Below are positions 1 through 12,870 of a stretch of 64,000 nt of DNA, one piece after another; within the stretch, counting starts at the first letter, position 1; every line of letters begins with the position of its first letter. The notes below the pieces were generated by a model. It made no database searches and was not told the DNA's origin. It saw only the letters and a list, made by a program, of their open reading frames with translations. The position numbers and the translations under genes are program-made. This stretch comes from Vicugna vicugna (taxonomy: Eukaryota): contig MU057809.1 in NCBI GenBank assembly GCA_013265495.1, positions 1,417,062-1,481,061 of the forward strand, given 5' to 3'.

Positions 1-95
1 ACTGAGGGAGGTGTGGGGCGGAGGCGTTGGGGGCTGGACAAAGGGCGGGTGGGTGTGACGGGCTCTGACACCCCCCCACCCTCCCCCTGCTGCAG

Positions 96-194
96 AGCTG
101 CTCCCTGTGCTGAGGAAACGGCTGTGCAGCCCCTGCTGGGAGGCCAGGGACTCGGGCCTCGAGTTCCTGACCCAAGTGACCAGACACTGGGGAG
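96..194 (+). CDS. BRAT1: BRAT1 third-to-last coding exon (gene starts upstream of the window)
   Basis: Acceptor ctgctgcag ends at 95 and donor gtaagc starts at 195. The exon is 99 nt, phase 1/1, and encodes (E)[32 protein letters not shown], matching recalled BRAT1 sequence ([21 protein letters not shown]). Confidence 0.93.
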
Positions 195-356
195 GTAAGC
201 GAGGGCGCTGGGCAGGAGGGGAGGCTGGCCTGGCCTTAGTGCCCCGTTGTCCCCTAGTAGGCGGGAACTCGGGCCACCCAGGCTGCCCTCGGGGAGGGAG
301 GGGAGGCTTGGGCTCAGCCCTTGGTCACCGCTGGTTGTGGCTGTTTGGACTTCCAG

Positions 357-532
357 GGCAGGCCGCCTTCAGACATGCTCTCCTTGCTTCAGAGGTGCCT
401 GAGCTCACCAGGCAGCTCCTGCGAGACCCTGAGAGTTACGTCCGCGCAAGTGCAGTGACTGCCACAGGGCAGCTGTCCAGCTGGGGGCTGTACACCACCC
501 CCACCAGCCCAGAGCACCCAGAGGTCCAGCAG
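357..532 (+). CDS. BRAT1: BRAT1 penultimate coding exon
   Basis: Acceptor ttccag ends at 356 and donor gtagga starts at 533. Encodes (G)[42 protein letters not shown]...PEVQQ, with phases compatible with both neighbouring exons. Confidence 0.93.
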
Positions 533-882
533 GTAGGAGGCGGGTCCTCTGGCTGTGCAGCTCACACCTGGCAACCGTCCTTATGCCCAGGGAGGGGTGG
601 GTCTGCCGCCCAGGCGTGGGCGGTCTGGGGCCAGGGCTCTGTGGGGCATGTCTCCTGAATCTCCGGCTCAGCCTTCTGGCACCCTGTTGCTTGGACGTGG
701 TTGCCCTGGTTTGGTGGATGAGCACACGGAGGGCCAAAGGGGATGTCCCCTAAAGGAGGCAGAGCAGTTTGGGCCCCAGACCTGCCCGGCAGGGGCTTCT
801 CAGGGCACTCCTGCTGCGCCCCAGCATGCCAGCAGGCCTCTGCCTTCCCTGGCCCCTCCCACCCCCCCACTCTGTCCTCCAG

Positions 883-1581
883 GAGAGCCTGTTCACGGAG
901 CTTCTGCACATCCTCTCCACGGACTCAGAGGGCTTCCCCCGCAGGGCTGTCATGCAGGTCTTCACCCAGTGGCTGAAGGACGGCCACGCTGACGTGGCTG
1001 AGGACCTGGAGCAGTTCGTGGCCAGAGTGCTGCAGGTGGCGAGCCGGGACCTGGACTGGGAGGTGCGGGCCCAGGGCCTCGAGCTGGCGCTGGTGTTCCT
1101 GGAGCAGTTGCTGGGCCATCCTGGCTCCCGCTGTCCCTATGCTGTGGCCCTGCCCGAGGCAGCCGCGCCTGCCACGCTGGCCCAGGTCCTGCAGGCGCTC
1201 TGCCGGGTACAGCTCTTTGAGTTTGCCCTCCGTGCCTTATTTGACTGTGACCGACCTGTGGCCCAGAAGTCCTGTGACCTCCTGCTTTTCCTGAGGGCCA
1301 AGGCCACTCCCTGTGGTGGCCCACAGGAGGCGGGAGCCAGCCCCGACGTGGTCTCTGTGGAGGCTGCCCTGCAGAGGTGGCAGGCAGGCGAGCAGGGTCA
1401 GCCCCTGGGGGAGCTGGAGCCTGAGGCTGTCATGGCCGTGCTGAGGTCCATGGACCTGGAGGGCCTTCGGGGTACGCTGGCCAAGAGCAGTGACCACATA
1501 GAGAAGAGCCCTCAGTCGCTCCTGCAGGACCTGCTGGCCTCTGTGGGTGTCCTGGGGGAGAATGAGGCCGACTGTTACTGA
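883..1581 (+). CDS. BRAT1: BRAT1 last coding exon
   Basis: Polypyrimidine tract plus cag ends at 882. Encodes [27 protein letters not shown]...[16 protein letters not shown]...[15 protein letters not shown]...ENEADCY, with stop TGA at 1579-1581. The C-terminal EADCY is characteristic of BRAT1. Confidence 0.96.
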   Translation, partial: ESLFTELLHILSTDSEGFPRRAVMQVFTQWLKDGHADVAEDLEQFVARVLQVASRDLDWEVRAQGLELALVFLEQLLGHPGSRCPYAVALPEAAAPATLAQVLQALCRVQLFEFALRALFDCDRPVAQKSCDLLLFLRAKATPCGGPQEAGASPDVVSVEAALQRWQAGEQGQPLGELEPEAVMAVLRSMDLEGLRGTLAKSSDHIEKSPQSLLQDLLASVGVLGENEADCY

Positions 1582-1770
1582 GAAGCCTGGTGGCACCCTC
1601 CGTGGACCCTGCTGCTGCGCCGTGTCCCTTCCTCGCACTGCCATCCTGAGGGCTCTAGCCTGGCCTGACTGCACATGGGATCCTCCAGGCAAGCCAGGAC
1701 CAGGCAACCCCACAAGGTCAAAGAATTCCATGTTTTGTTGTATTATTGAAGTGGCTTATTTTCTACTCAA

Positions 1771-1776
1771 AATAAA
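1771..1776 (+). terminator. BRAT1: BRAT1 polyadenylation signal AATAAA
   Basis: AATAAA 190 nt after the stop codon, preceded by U-rich sequence (tgttttgttgtattatt). Confidence 0.8.
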
Positions 1777-2289
1777 TGTCATTTGACAGTGCCATTGAGT
1801 CGGCGTACTGACGTGGGATAGGTCCCAGGCCTGCTGGGGTTTGGAAAGGCATTTGGGGAGGGACCCTCTGCACAATGGCCACGTACTTCATGGGCCTAGG
1901 GGAGATGTTGCTCTGCTTGGACCTCACTGTGCCCCAGGGACACCCAAGGGTCAGAGAGCAAACAGTTCAGGCTGGAGAGTGGCCTTCGCCCCTGGCCCCT
2001 GATGGTAGTGACTCCAGGTCTAACCAAGCCAGGTTTTCAGTCTCTGAAGCCCCAGGGTCACCCTAACCTCATAGCAGTTTAGAGCTCACTGTCCCAAATG
2101 ACGAGGCAGGTCAAGTTGGCCGTGGTACTGTCAGGGGAGTTGGGCTGCGGGCTGGTCCTCAAGGGACCAAACAGATGCTGCACCAGTGCCAGCCCTGCCG
2201 TTTCCAGGCCGCGTCGCCCTGCGTGCACCAGGGCCTTTTGGAACCTGTTTCCTCTTCTGTAAAGTGGAGATTTTACTGTTCGCCTCCCA

Positions 2290-3437
2290 GAAGTAAGAGT
2301 CTCCGTGTTCTAAAGCACCCGGTCAGTCAGAGAATCTCAAGAGAAACCCTAAAATATTTTGAAGTGAATGAAAATGAAACTACAGCTGATCAAAAGCTGT
2401 GGGTTGCAGCAGAAGCAGCGCTCAGGCAGACGCTTACAGCTGTGAGGGCACATGTGAGGCAAGGCGGAGCGTCTGAAATCCGTCACCTGAGCTTCCGCCT
2501 TAGGAGACTGGGTGATAGGGGGTTGAGCCCAAAGCAGGCCAAGAAGAGAAATGACGAAAGTTAGAGCAGGCGCCAGTGAATTGAGGACAAATTCGGAGGA
2601 GGAACTCATGTGAGCAAAACCTGGTTCTTTGAAGAGAGCAGTGGAGTCAGCGAGCCTCTAGCCAGGCTCGGAGAGGAGGAGACGGCGAGAGGCGGCGGCG
2701 CTGCGGGCCCCACCATAGCTGGAAGGATGGCGGAGGGCCGCTGAGCAGCCCTGAGCCTGTGGCTTTGCCAGCTCACCTGCCAAACCGACGCGGGGGGAAG
2801 CAGGCGACCCGAGCAGGCCTCTGCCTACCGAGCAGACGGAATCAGTCATTAATCGCCTCTCAGAACAGCACTGGGCCCAGGGGGCTTCACTGGTGAACTC
2901 TACGGAACATTTAAGGAAGAGCTTATACCAGGTCTGTACAGTCTTTCAGAAGACAGAAGTGGAGGGAATGCTCCCGACTCAGCCTGTGAGGACCAGGCGG
3001 TGCCAAGCACAAGTCTGTGAAACCGCCAGCGGCAGTAAGGGCAGGGGCGGCGGGTGCGTCCGGTCGGCCCTCTGGGCGCTTCAGGAGCAGCTCCTCCAGG
3101 GTGCAGAGAACAGCTCACTCGTCCCTCCCGCCGGTGCCACGCGTCATAGAGTTCATGGAAGAATCTCTAATACCAAAGCCAGACAGACACTCCAGGAGAA
3201 CTAGGGACCAACATCTCTCATGATCAAACATGGAAAAGTCCTTAACAAACTTTAGCAAGTTGAATCCAACAATGTGTAAGAACTACACACTAGGATCAAG
3301 GAGGGCTCATCTCAGGTATGCGAGGCGGGTTCGGCATTTGAAAGCCTCAGTGCGGCGCGTCCCATCAGCAGCGTAACGGGGCCCACGTGACTGTATCGGT
3401 AGATGCAGGAAAGGCTTTTGGCAAAACCTGTCATCCC
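2290..3437 (+). mobile_element. Old degenerate LINE-1 ORF2 fragment, GC-shifted
   Basis: Translations ETLKYFEVNENETTADQKLWVAAEAALR, LIPKPDR and VSVDAGKAFGKTCHP resemble L1 ORF2p motifs (ETNENKDTTYQNLWD, LIPKPGRD, IISIDAEKAFDKIQ). Frameshifted; boundaries approximate. Confidence 0.85.
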
Positions 3438-3549
3438 CAGTTTTCAGGTCTGGCCGAGAGGTGCAGGTCCCACAGCCCCTGGAAGACCCATGCCCTTTCC
3501 TGCATCAGAGGATCCTGGACGGCAGGAGGGCACGCCAGCCGGAGTTTCA

Positions 3550-4187
3550 GGTGCTCCTTGTCCGCTGCGCCCTGGCTGTCAGTGATGGCTGCAGCACCCC
3601 ACTTGGATGCCCTGCAGGATCCCTGCGCTCTCCGCCCCCCCAACTGCACACTTTTCTCAGCCGCCGTAGCCTTTGCCCGCGTGTGGAGCTGTGCCCTGGA
3701 GCAAGGGCGGCTGGAGCGGGCGCGGCTGGGGCTGGGGACGGCACGAGAAAGCACCCAGAGCCCCAGACAGTCTTCACCTGTTTCTCCGCCTTGTTTCAGG
3801 AGCAAGCAAGTGAGTGCCTGCTCTTCACAGGTGGAGTCTGGGTTTCCTACAGCCCCGCCATCAGTCCCACTGGTTTGCAAACCAGCCAAGGTGTCGGACC
3901 CCAGGGCTGGGATGCCCAACGTATAGCTTGAACTGCTCAGTCCCCAGAGAGGATCTCTAAACCCGGGTAACCCCCTCCTCTTCTGTTTCCTCTCCTAGGG
4001 GCCCAGGTCCCAACCTGATGGCCCCTCCTCCCTTCCTACCCGAGTCCGTGTGGATCTTTGGCACTGCTGTGGTGGTGCAGGAGTCTCTCTGCCAGTCTCC
4101 AGTTCTCAGTGGGCATCGCTCCTCACGTAGGTGTGTTTTGATGTGTTTGTGGCGGGAGGTGAGCTCTGCCTCCTACTCTGCCACCTC
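3550..4187 (-). mobile_element. LINE-1 5' UTR-like remnant
   Basis: The minus strand starts gaggtggcagagtaggaggcagagctcacctcccgccacaaacacatcaaaa, similar to recalled laurasiatherian L1 5' ends (aagatggcggagtaggag...gagctcacctcctcccacaaacacatc). Boundaries approximate. Confidence 0.6.
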
Positions 4188-5031
4188 AGTCTTTTCCTGC
4201 AGGTTTTCAGTGTGAGGTGGGCTGGGTCTTCCGTGATTCTCTCCGCGTGGGCAGGACTGGCCCTGACTTCTGCCCCCTTACCCCACGAGGTCACCGAACA
4301 GGTACTGGCACGTGATCTCGGGACAGAAGGGCACTGACCAGTCAGAACGGTGCGCAGCTGTCCACAGCACGGTTGCCACGCAGATCTTCCCAGTGAAAGC
4401 TGGACACTATCTGGGCCGACCATCTCACCACAAACAGTGGGAGATGCTGGGGGAAATACTTCAACCCTTCTGTGTAGGAACGCTAAGGTGCTGCCGAGAG
4501 ATTAGGGCAAGTTGGGTCACGCAGACACAAGCCCCTGCCAGGCTCTCAGCTCAGGGAGGGAGGGGCCCTGCCCATCAGATGCCCCACTAGGCGGTAACAC
4601 GGGTCCACAGTCCTCAGTGAAGAGGGGCTGAACGCTCACACCAGTAATGTCCTAATATATACAGTTACCCAGGAAGTAAAGTGTTTCCAAACAGGTGTCC
4701 AAGAGGGAAAAAAGCAAAGCTCTAATCCAGCCAGGTTCTGCGGCCATGCTCACCTGCTCCTGTACGTCACAGGTCTTGGGCAGGCCACCCAGCCTCTCCC
4801 ACCCGTAGGCTGGGACTCGTAAAGCCACCCTGTTGGTGCTGTGGGCTCCCAGAAGGCAGAGGTGGTCATCTCTACTCCTAGGTTCCAGCACAGGGCTGGC
4901 ACACAGCAGGTCTGTGTGCAGCCCACCTGCTCTGGCCCAGTCCTCAGCACCCTAGGGGAGCTCGTAGGGCACCCTGCATGTGCTGATTGCTTGAGGTTGG
5001 GTGGCTGCTGGCCAGGGCCCTTGAAAGAGAG

Positions 5032-5445
5032 TGTGTCCGTTAGCTACTGCTGTGTAACAATCTTAGGCCAGTAAGTTGAAACAACAGCATTTTATTATTT
5101 CTGAAGGGTCTGGGGGCCAACCAGGCAGGCCTGTGCTCTGCTTGCTCTCATGCATCTGTGATGGGTTGCCTAGCGGCTAGCTGGCCCAGGGTGGGCTCTC
5201 ATGTGTTCTCTCAACTTCCAGCAGACCAACCCCGACTGGTTCTCATGCCACCGCAGGAGCCCACATGAAAGCAGGCAGAGGCATGTCATCACAGTGTCAC
5301 TCTGTCACCTTTTCTTGGCCAAAGCAAGTCACAGGGCAGGCTCAGATTCAAGTATAAGGAATAGGCTTCCCCACCTGACAGCAGTTGTGGCGAAAGGCAC
5401 GATGGTTCAGGGAGGGGTGGAGAATCAGGGTTGCTTTTGCAATTG
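5032..5445. mobile_element. MLT1-type (MaLR) solo LTR remnant
   Basis: Contains ttagctactgctgtgtaacaa...aaacaacagcattttattatttct and ttggccaaagcaagtcacagggcaggctcagattcaag, typical of old MLT1 LTRs. Confidence 0.6.
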
Positions 5446-8400
5446 ACACTCCACGGAGGAGGAGCCCGGCATCCTTGCTGTACATGGGCAAAAGGTGGTG
5501 GCTAGGCCGTGGTGCCCCGGGAGCCACTGACGTGCCTGGGATGGGCTTTCAACAGGATGATGGCACAGTTGTCCAGCCGCAGAACACAACCAGGAGCTCT
5601 TGTGAGCTGGGCCTACGCCTCAGGCAGCTTTGCAGCCAGCAAACGAGGTTTGCTGAATGACTGAGCGACCTACATCCTACAGCATGTAGCCCAGAGGAAG
5701 CCCTGGAGCCGCCTCAGGGGCAAGCCGAGTGCAGGGTTAGGGAGTGTCTGCTTATGGGCGCACCCACCCCTGCCTGCCCGGGAACCCGAGGACACAGAGG
5801 CCTCGGGTCTCGTCCCCTCTGTGGAGGCCGTCTTCCCTGCACTCAGCTGCTCCTGTCAGAGCCAAGATGTGTCGCCATGGAAACTGCTTGGCAAACGCGC
5901 CGTCAGGCAGAGGCGGCAAGCAGCAGCTCGGGCGCCTGTTGGAGTGAGGGTGGCGGGGACGGCGTGAGCAAGCACCCCCGGTTGCGTGCGTGTGACCGTG
6001 CAGGGCGTGGATGATTGGGGCGGTGTGTGAGGAGGGGCACGTGTGTGGTGTGCTGGGAGTGAGTGGAAGCATGCATGTGTGTGCATGTGTGTGCATGGAA
6101 GCAAGTGTGTCCGTGTGGGTGTGCTCGGAGAGCCACGCACGGCAGGGACGCCGGGCGTGTGCAGGGATGTGCGGGCCGCGCTGTGATGCCGGGCAGCGCG
6201 CCCACCTGGGCTGAGCGCTTGCTGTGGACCAGGCGAGGCACCAGGCGCTAACGGGAGCTATCCCCAGCCTGCAGCTACGGGCCGAGGACAGCCACCGGCC
6301 AGGTAATTATGTGTCGATGGAAGCGTGTGACAGGAGGGCTTCTGGGAAGAGGCAGCTGTGGGGCCTGAAACCCAAGTGTGGAGCGGGAGGTCCTCCCTGC
6401 GAAGGCACAGGGGAAGGATGCTTCACATGGGGCCTGGCTGGCCGGCAGAGGCCGGGAGGTGAGGCTGGGCAGGAGAGGAGCGGGGTTGCAGCAGATCTGG
6501 AAGGCAGCCAGCGGGTGGCGGCCTCTAATTTTGGAAACCCAGCTGGGGTTACAGGGTGCCAGGAGAGGAGGGATGCCTTCTAGGCAGAGGGGCCCCAGAG
6601 GGACAAAGGGGGCAGTGTCTGGGTCAAAGCAAGGGTGGCTGGCAGCTGGAGAGGGTGGGGTGTGGCGGGCAGGTGGCCAGGACCTCGGGAGCTCCGGGGA
6701 AAGGCTAGGCTTCATCCTAAGAGCAAGAAGAGTCCTTGAAAGGCTTCTGTGGCCACGTGGCTTCGTCTGGCTGTGGGTGTGTGGCTTGGACAGGGCCGTG
6801 GGAGGTCGGAGCCATCACCAGGTGAGGTGGGTGGCCTGGCCTGGGGCTTGGGGCGTCTAGGGACAGCTCGGAGGTAGAGCAGACGCAGCTCGGCCATTTC
6901 GGGCTGATGCTGGCTCCACCAGACCCTCCCCCATTGCCTTCCCTGACCACCCCACCCTCATCCCTTCCTGTGCCTGCTTGAGAAGCTTCTGGACCATGGG
7001 TTCTGAGGACTCAAACCAGCCACAGAACTGGGGCTCCCTCAGGCCAGGCTCAGTGTGGCCAGGGGCCCCGTCTCCTCACAGGCCTTCCCAGGGCAGCCCA
7101 CCACCTGGGGGGGCTCTGCTCCCTGTGGACCCTGGGCCTCCCTGGGTCTCTCCTGCAGGGCAGGAGGGGGAGGTCCTCCCTGGGGGTGAGGACGTCCCAA
7201 ATCCCAGTGGTATGGGCTCGGGTTGGCACTCCCGGCCAAATCACCACATCCTGATGTTTGAGACCCCTGTGTCACCAAACCGAGCTGGGCGACTTGTGCA
7301 GAGCAGGGTGCCTGGGGTCAGAAACCTCCCATGATGCCCTCGTCCTGCTGGTCCCGTCGGCCCTTACAGTCGCCCGGGTGAGGGCGGGATGGCCACATCC
7401 TACAGTTGAGGAAATGAAGGGGCCTGTGGGGAAGGCAGCTTGTCTGTCTGAATCACCGCTGTCACAGCTGAGCAGGATGCAGGCTTAGCCCCAGCCCCCC
7501 AACGCCAGCCTGCTCTGGGCCCCGGGGATGGAGGCACTGTTGTTGCTAGGACCAGATGCAGGGGCTGTGGTTGCCTGGAGCCCAGAGGGGCGACGTCAGG
7601 TCCAAGGGGAATGTCGTCAGGCGCCCAGAGTCCAGGCTGACCCTTCTGGGGACAGATGTCCCCGAGCAGAGCTCATGTGGTCCAGGAGAGGTCTCTGAGG
7701 CCCCGCCCCGTCTCTCTGTTTCTGTTCAGGAAACAGCATGTGGATCCCCTCTGGTCCCCTGACCACACAGACCACTACGGGAAGAAAATGAGGTGAGGGA
7801 GGGAGGCAGCGAGGGGGAGACCGGGAGCAAGGCGCCCAGGAGGCGGAGACAGGCAGACGTGGGGGGTCAGTCCCCTGGAAGCTGAGGCCCCCACCCCACC
7901 CTCGGCTGAGCCTGTGGGAGCCTGGCGGTGGGGAGGGAGGGACCTGAGCCGCTGTCAGGAGGGGCGGGGCCCTCGGGTGTGCGTCGGGGCTACCTGAGCC
8001 GAGCCCAGCCCTCAGCGCGCCGGCCTGGCTGCGCTCTGGACGAACACGGGTTTGCACACCTGGCACCCAGAGTGAACCCTCATCAGAGGGCGGCCTCACA
8101 GGCTGGAGCTCCTGCCTGGCTCTGCCCCCAACTCCCCCAGGAGGGCCCTCCTTGTGCGGGGGCGGGGCTGCAGGCCACGCCCACCTGCTCGCCTCTAATG
8201 CTGGGAGCTTGTTCTCCCCAGGCCTCAGGAATCTCGGCTGGCCCTGGACAGGGGGTTGGGGCTGGAGCTCTGGGGGGGGGGTCCCTGGGCGCCCATCGTG
8301 GGCTGGCACAGGGTGGGCACTCGGGAAATGGTCTCTTTAGGATGGCTGCTGGGCAGCTCCCCAGGAGGCCTGGGGAAACTGAGGCAGGAGCAGGGAGCCC

Positions 8401-9040
8401 GTGGCCTGGAGGAGGCCTTGACTCCACATCCCTGCCCGATTCAAGCAGACCCCAAGTCCTCCCCACGTCCCTCCACCTGGGCCCTGGCTCAGCCCCCATC
8501 GCCTCCCACCTGACATCACCTGTGCCCCCTCCCGACCCCTCCCCACAGCCACTACTCCCAGGTGACCTCGTGAAAGGCGTAGAAGCTGCTGCTTGGGCCG
8601 ACAGGCTCCCCTGTCCTTGTCCAGGCCCTTGACCCCTGCCCCCAGGTGGCCCTTGCACTCTTCACTCCAGGCTCACCAACGACTTCTGTTCCCCAGAGGC
8701 CCCGCCCACCCTGGCGTCCAGGCCTTGGCTCACGCTGTCCCTTCTGGCAGGCAGGACCCCTGACACTGCCCAGAGACCCGGGCTCAGCTTCTCCTGCCCA
8801 CCTCACGTGGCACGAGCTCTGCGAAGCCGTGCTCTCTGCCCCTGCCATGTCCTTGCCCTTGTCTGCTGCCAGCGGACAGAAGGGACACGCCTGTCCCCTC
8901 GCACAGCACCTGGCACATGGCGGGGGTCTGAGCTCCGGCTGGGCTTGTGGTTGCTGTGTCCAAGGACCCACCGAGTGCTGAGAACATTCGGGGTGTTCTG
9001 ATCCTTAGAACAACTGTATGAAGCATTCTCTTATTTTCAG

Positions 9041-9477
9041 CGTGTGAGTTTCCGAGGCTGCTGTAACAAATGACCACAGACGAGGGGCTGGGGGGTGGGG
9101 GCTTAAAACAACGGAAATCTATTCTCTCACTGCTGGAGGCTGGAAGTCCAAAACGAAGGTGTTGTGAGGGCTGCCCTCCCTCCAGAGGCTCTGGGGAGAG
9201 CCCTCTCGCCCTTTCCAGCTCCAGGTGGCTCTGGTGTCCTTGGCTGGTGGCCGTGTCCTCCACCTCTGCCCCTGGTGTCACCTGGCCTCCCTCGCTCTGT
9301 GTCTCTCCTCGTCTGTCTCTTAGGACACCGCCATTGGATTTAGAGCCCAGGTAAGCCAGGATGACCTCACCTTGAGGTTCCCACCTTAATTCCATCTGCA
9401 AAGGCCCTTACTCCAAATCAAGATCCCATTCTGACCGTCGGGGTGGGCACATGTTTTGGGGGCCTCTACTCAGCTCT
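9041..9477. mobile_element. MLT1-type (MaLR) solo LTR
   Basis: Contains ggctgctgtaacaaatgaccacag...ggcttaaaacaacggaaatctattctctcac...ggaggctggaagtccaaaa...ccattggatttagagccc...atctgcaaaggccctta, the hallmark blocks of MLT1 LTRs. Confidence 0.8.
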
Positions 9478-12400
9478 CTGGGGGGACACTGAGGTACAGT
9501 GAGGTGAGGCACCTTCTCATCTGGCTGAAGGGACGGGGGACCCCACATCACTGCTCGTTTCTAGAACTGGCTCCAGTGAGGTGGCTTCACGAGCAAGGTC
9601 TGGGGTCTGGGACGTAGGTGTCCTTGTGCAGGGGGTGGGCTGACCGGGGATGGGCTGCCTGAAGCCTTAGGTGGCCTGGGTTGGGAGTCAGCAGGCTGCC
9701 TCTCCTTTCTGGGGGGCCCGGCACTGGGCAGCCCCCCACTAACCCGGCAGCCAAAAGGAGGAGATGTCAGCCCAGGCTTGACACGTAATTACTGTCCCAG
9801 CCCCTGCCCCCTCCCAACCACAGCGGGGACGCGGCGGCTGGGGAGGTGGGGGTCCCACACCTCTCGTGTAGTAAGGGCACAGTTTTCGGACAGAACACTA
9901 AGCATTTCTCACATTCCAAGTTCTCTGTCCCCCGCAGTAATGAACCAGAAAATCCTGGCAGCTACACGTGTCAGAAGTGTAGCCTTGTGAGCGCGAATCG
10001 ATCTGCAGGAATTTATCCCAAGGGGGGAAATCACACACCCGTGCAACAAGGATTTATGGAAACCGGATCATCACAGTCAGGTATCTGTGTCTGCACACAC
10101 CACTGCTTCACACAATACATAGGCAACGCAGAAGAGTGAGGAACTGGGGGAACCTGAGCTGTCCTAAGCCAGGTGGACCCCACACGAAACGCAGCACAGT
10201 GCCGCGGCAAGGCGAGGAGGCTGGCCTTGGGCCCGTGGCCAGGCAGGGTGCCACGTGGCGGAGCTGCCGGCGGGACAGGGTGCGTGGTGCGGATCCGTGA
10301 AAATGCTCTATTTAAATGTGCAGAAAAGGGGTTTTTGAAGGATGTCTGACAAAAAGTTCAGAGAGGTTACCTCTTGACAGTTGGAATATGGGGTTTTTTT
10401 TTTAGACTTCTAGAATTTTCCAAACCTTCTGCAGTGGGAGTCTGTTGCTGTAGCATTGTTTCTTAAGGCTCCAACTAGACTCCCTTGCAGTGCCGGGGAC
10501 GGTGTGACACAGCTCTCAGCCATCCGCGGGGGCGTTTCTCCAGAATGAGGTGGGCAGGAGGGGCAGGCGGGCTGCCGGGAAGGCCTGGGAGGCTGGCAGT
10601 CCAGAACCGGGGCAACGTTTGGCTCAAAAGAAGCCCTTATCTTAACGGTTCCAAAGAGAAAAGGGCCGCTGGAGGGAAGGCTCCCCGCTGAGGCTGGGGG
10701 GACAACGCCGGTGCCTCCCTGTGCTGGGGGTCCTCTCCCGCCTGGGGGAGGCGGCCCCGGGCAGAGGGGCGCCGTCCCTGCTCGTGCTGCTGGCTATGGC
10801 GACTGGACAGGAGGCCGCTGCCCAGCCACCGTGACCTGGGGACGGGACGGCTGGTGGCCTTCACTCAAGGTGCGTGTCTTGAGCACTGAACCTCTGCCTC
10901 CCTCCCTCTGGCCAGCTCCCCGGCCCATCCCTGAGACAGGACCCTTGTGGGGATGCAGACCTCCCAGGAGCCGGGAAGATGGTTCCTCGCCTCCCAGAAA
11001 CACAGGGGAAGCTTCTCCTGGGATGACTCTTCCTGACCTTGGGGATGGCAAGGGGTGCCTGTCCGCCACCTCGCCTGTTCACTGAGCTTCCTCGGTCCTA
11101 GCCCGAAGCCCCGTGGAGAGTCGGGACTCAGGATAGCAGCTGTGGAGGTGACGGCCCGCTGGGTCCCACAGATGGCAGGAGGAGACCAGGCCAAAGTGCT
11201 CGGCTCAGCTTACGTGGGTGACGGGGCCCTGGGGCCCTGCCTGCCCCCTCTGCTCTGTCCTTCTCCCTGCGACGGTCGGCCCACCTGCACGTCTCGGGAC
11301 TTCGGGGTGCTGTCAGGAAGGCCTCCTGACCCTGGGGCTGGCAGGGGGCCCAGGAAGCGTGCTGGCAAGTGGGCACTGGGCCGTCTAGTCTCCCTTGCTT
11401 AGGTCAGCTTGAGGGGAGCAGCCCAAAGAGGGGCAGTGCCCAGCGCCGCCCAGGAGGCCCCGACCGCAGAAGGGACGCTCTTGGGGCCTCTCCCCTCACC
11501 CTGCGGGAGGGCCATGCCAGGGCTGTCCCTTGGGGTCCCTCCCCAGCTTCAGGCCACCCACTTCTACACCCCCCTTCAGCATCCAGGCAGGGAGGGGCTC
11601 TGAGGGCCGAGATGGGGGCCCCCTCTGCTGTGCTTGTGAAGGAGCCACCCCCAGCCCCCACAGCCCAGGCCCCAGCCCCTCCCCAAGCAAGCCCTGCCAG
11701 AATGTCCCCTCTGCACTCCTGAGCTGTCTCCGTCCCCTCTTCCTCCCGACTCCCTGCGTGTCCTGAAAGAGCAGTGGAGCCTCCGTTTCCTCCCCAGCCG
11801 GGGCCCCCGCAGCCCTCGCTGTGTGACTTGGCCCCTCTCTGTGGACGGCATTGTCCAAGGAGGACCACAGAGGCCTCCCGGATGCCTGTTCGATGGCCTC
11901 TTCCCCAGCCTGCCCCTCCCGGGGCACCCGCCCACTCCCCTCAGCGCTGCCCCGTGTCCCACAGTGCTTGTCCCTGCTCCCCCCGGACACGTGGCTGGGG
12001 GGACGAAGGCCAGGCCATAGAGGCCGCTCAGGGCCCACCTCATGAGGATCCCAGTGTGCCAGCTTGTGCTCCAACCAGTGCCCCTCCTGCCCACCCCTCC
12101 CCCCAAGCTGTGACAGAGGAACCCTGATGGGTCCCAGGCTGCACCTCGGCCTCTGACTTCCCTCCCTTCAGCTGTCCTGCTCTGCGATCCTGCGCATTTG
12201 CTGAGGAGTAATGACCCCATCTTACTAATCTGAGCATGAAGCTTGGCCCGAATCAAGTGTGGTGAAGCCCCGGACTCCAGACCTGGTGGGGGCTCCTTCC
12301 TGCCCACAGCAGCGGCGGGAGGCAGGTGCCAGGGTCCTGCTGCTGGGGGCCTAGGACAGAGCACAGGGGGCACAGGGTGACTCATGGCTGGAACACTGCC

Positions 12401-12787
12401 TACTTCGCTTTGGGCGGGCAGCCTGGAGGCCTCCTGGGGCTCTCTTGGGTGGGGGGGGGTCCCCAGACCAACACGTCCAGGGCAGGTGTCCTGAGAACAG
12501 CTGAGGGCTGGTCAGATGGGGACCAACATGGACCCAAAACATGGGCTGCGGCTGCCCCTCCCCCACTCCCAGGGCGGCAGGGCTGCCTCAGGGCCACGTG
12601 CTTCCCTGAAGTTCACGGGCCCTGACAGCCTCCAGAGGTCCAGAGCAAGACAGGCGGCAGTGACGTGCCAGGGTAGGTCTGCGGCCGCGTGAAGTCAGGG
12701 CAATGAGGAGTCTGGGACCAGGTGACAGCGTAAGTCTTGGGAGCCTTTGAGGCCTTGGCTTTTATCTAGGTGACCACTTGCAGGCCG

Positions 12788-12870
12788 TGTGACTGGCTCT
12801 CTGAGCCTCCGTTTCCCCATCTGTAAAATGGGTTGGCATAAGCATTACACGAGGTGACTGTGCAATCCAG
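12788..12870 (+). mobile_element. MIR SINE fragment
   Basis: MIR core ctctctgagcctccgtttccccatctgtaaaatggg. Confidence 0.7.
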
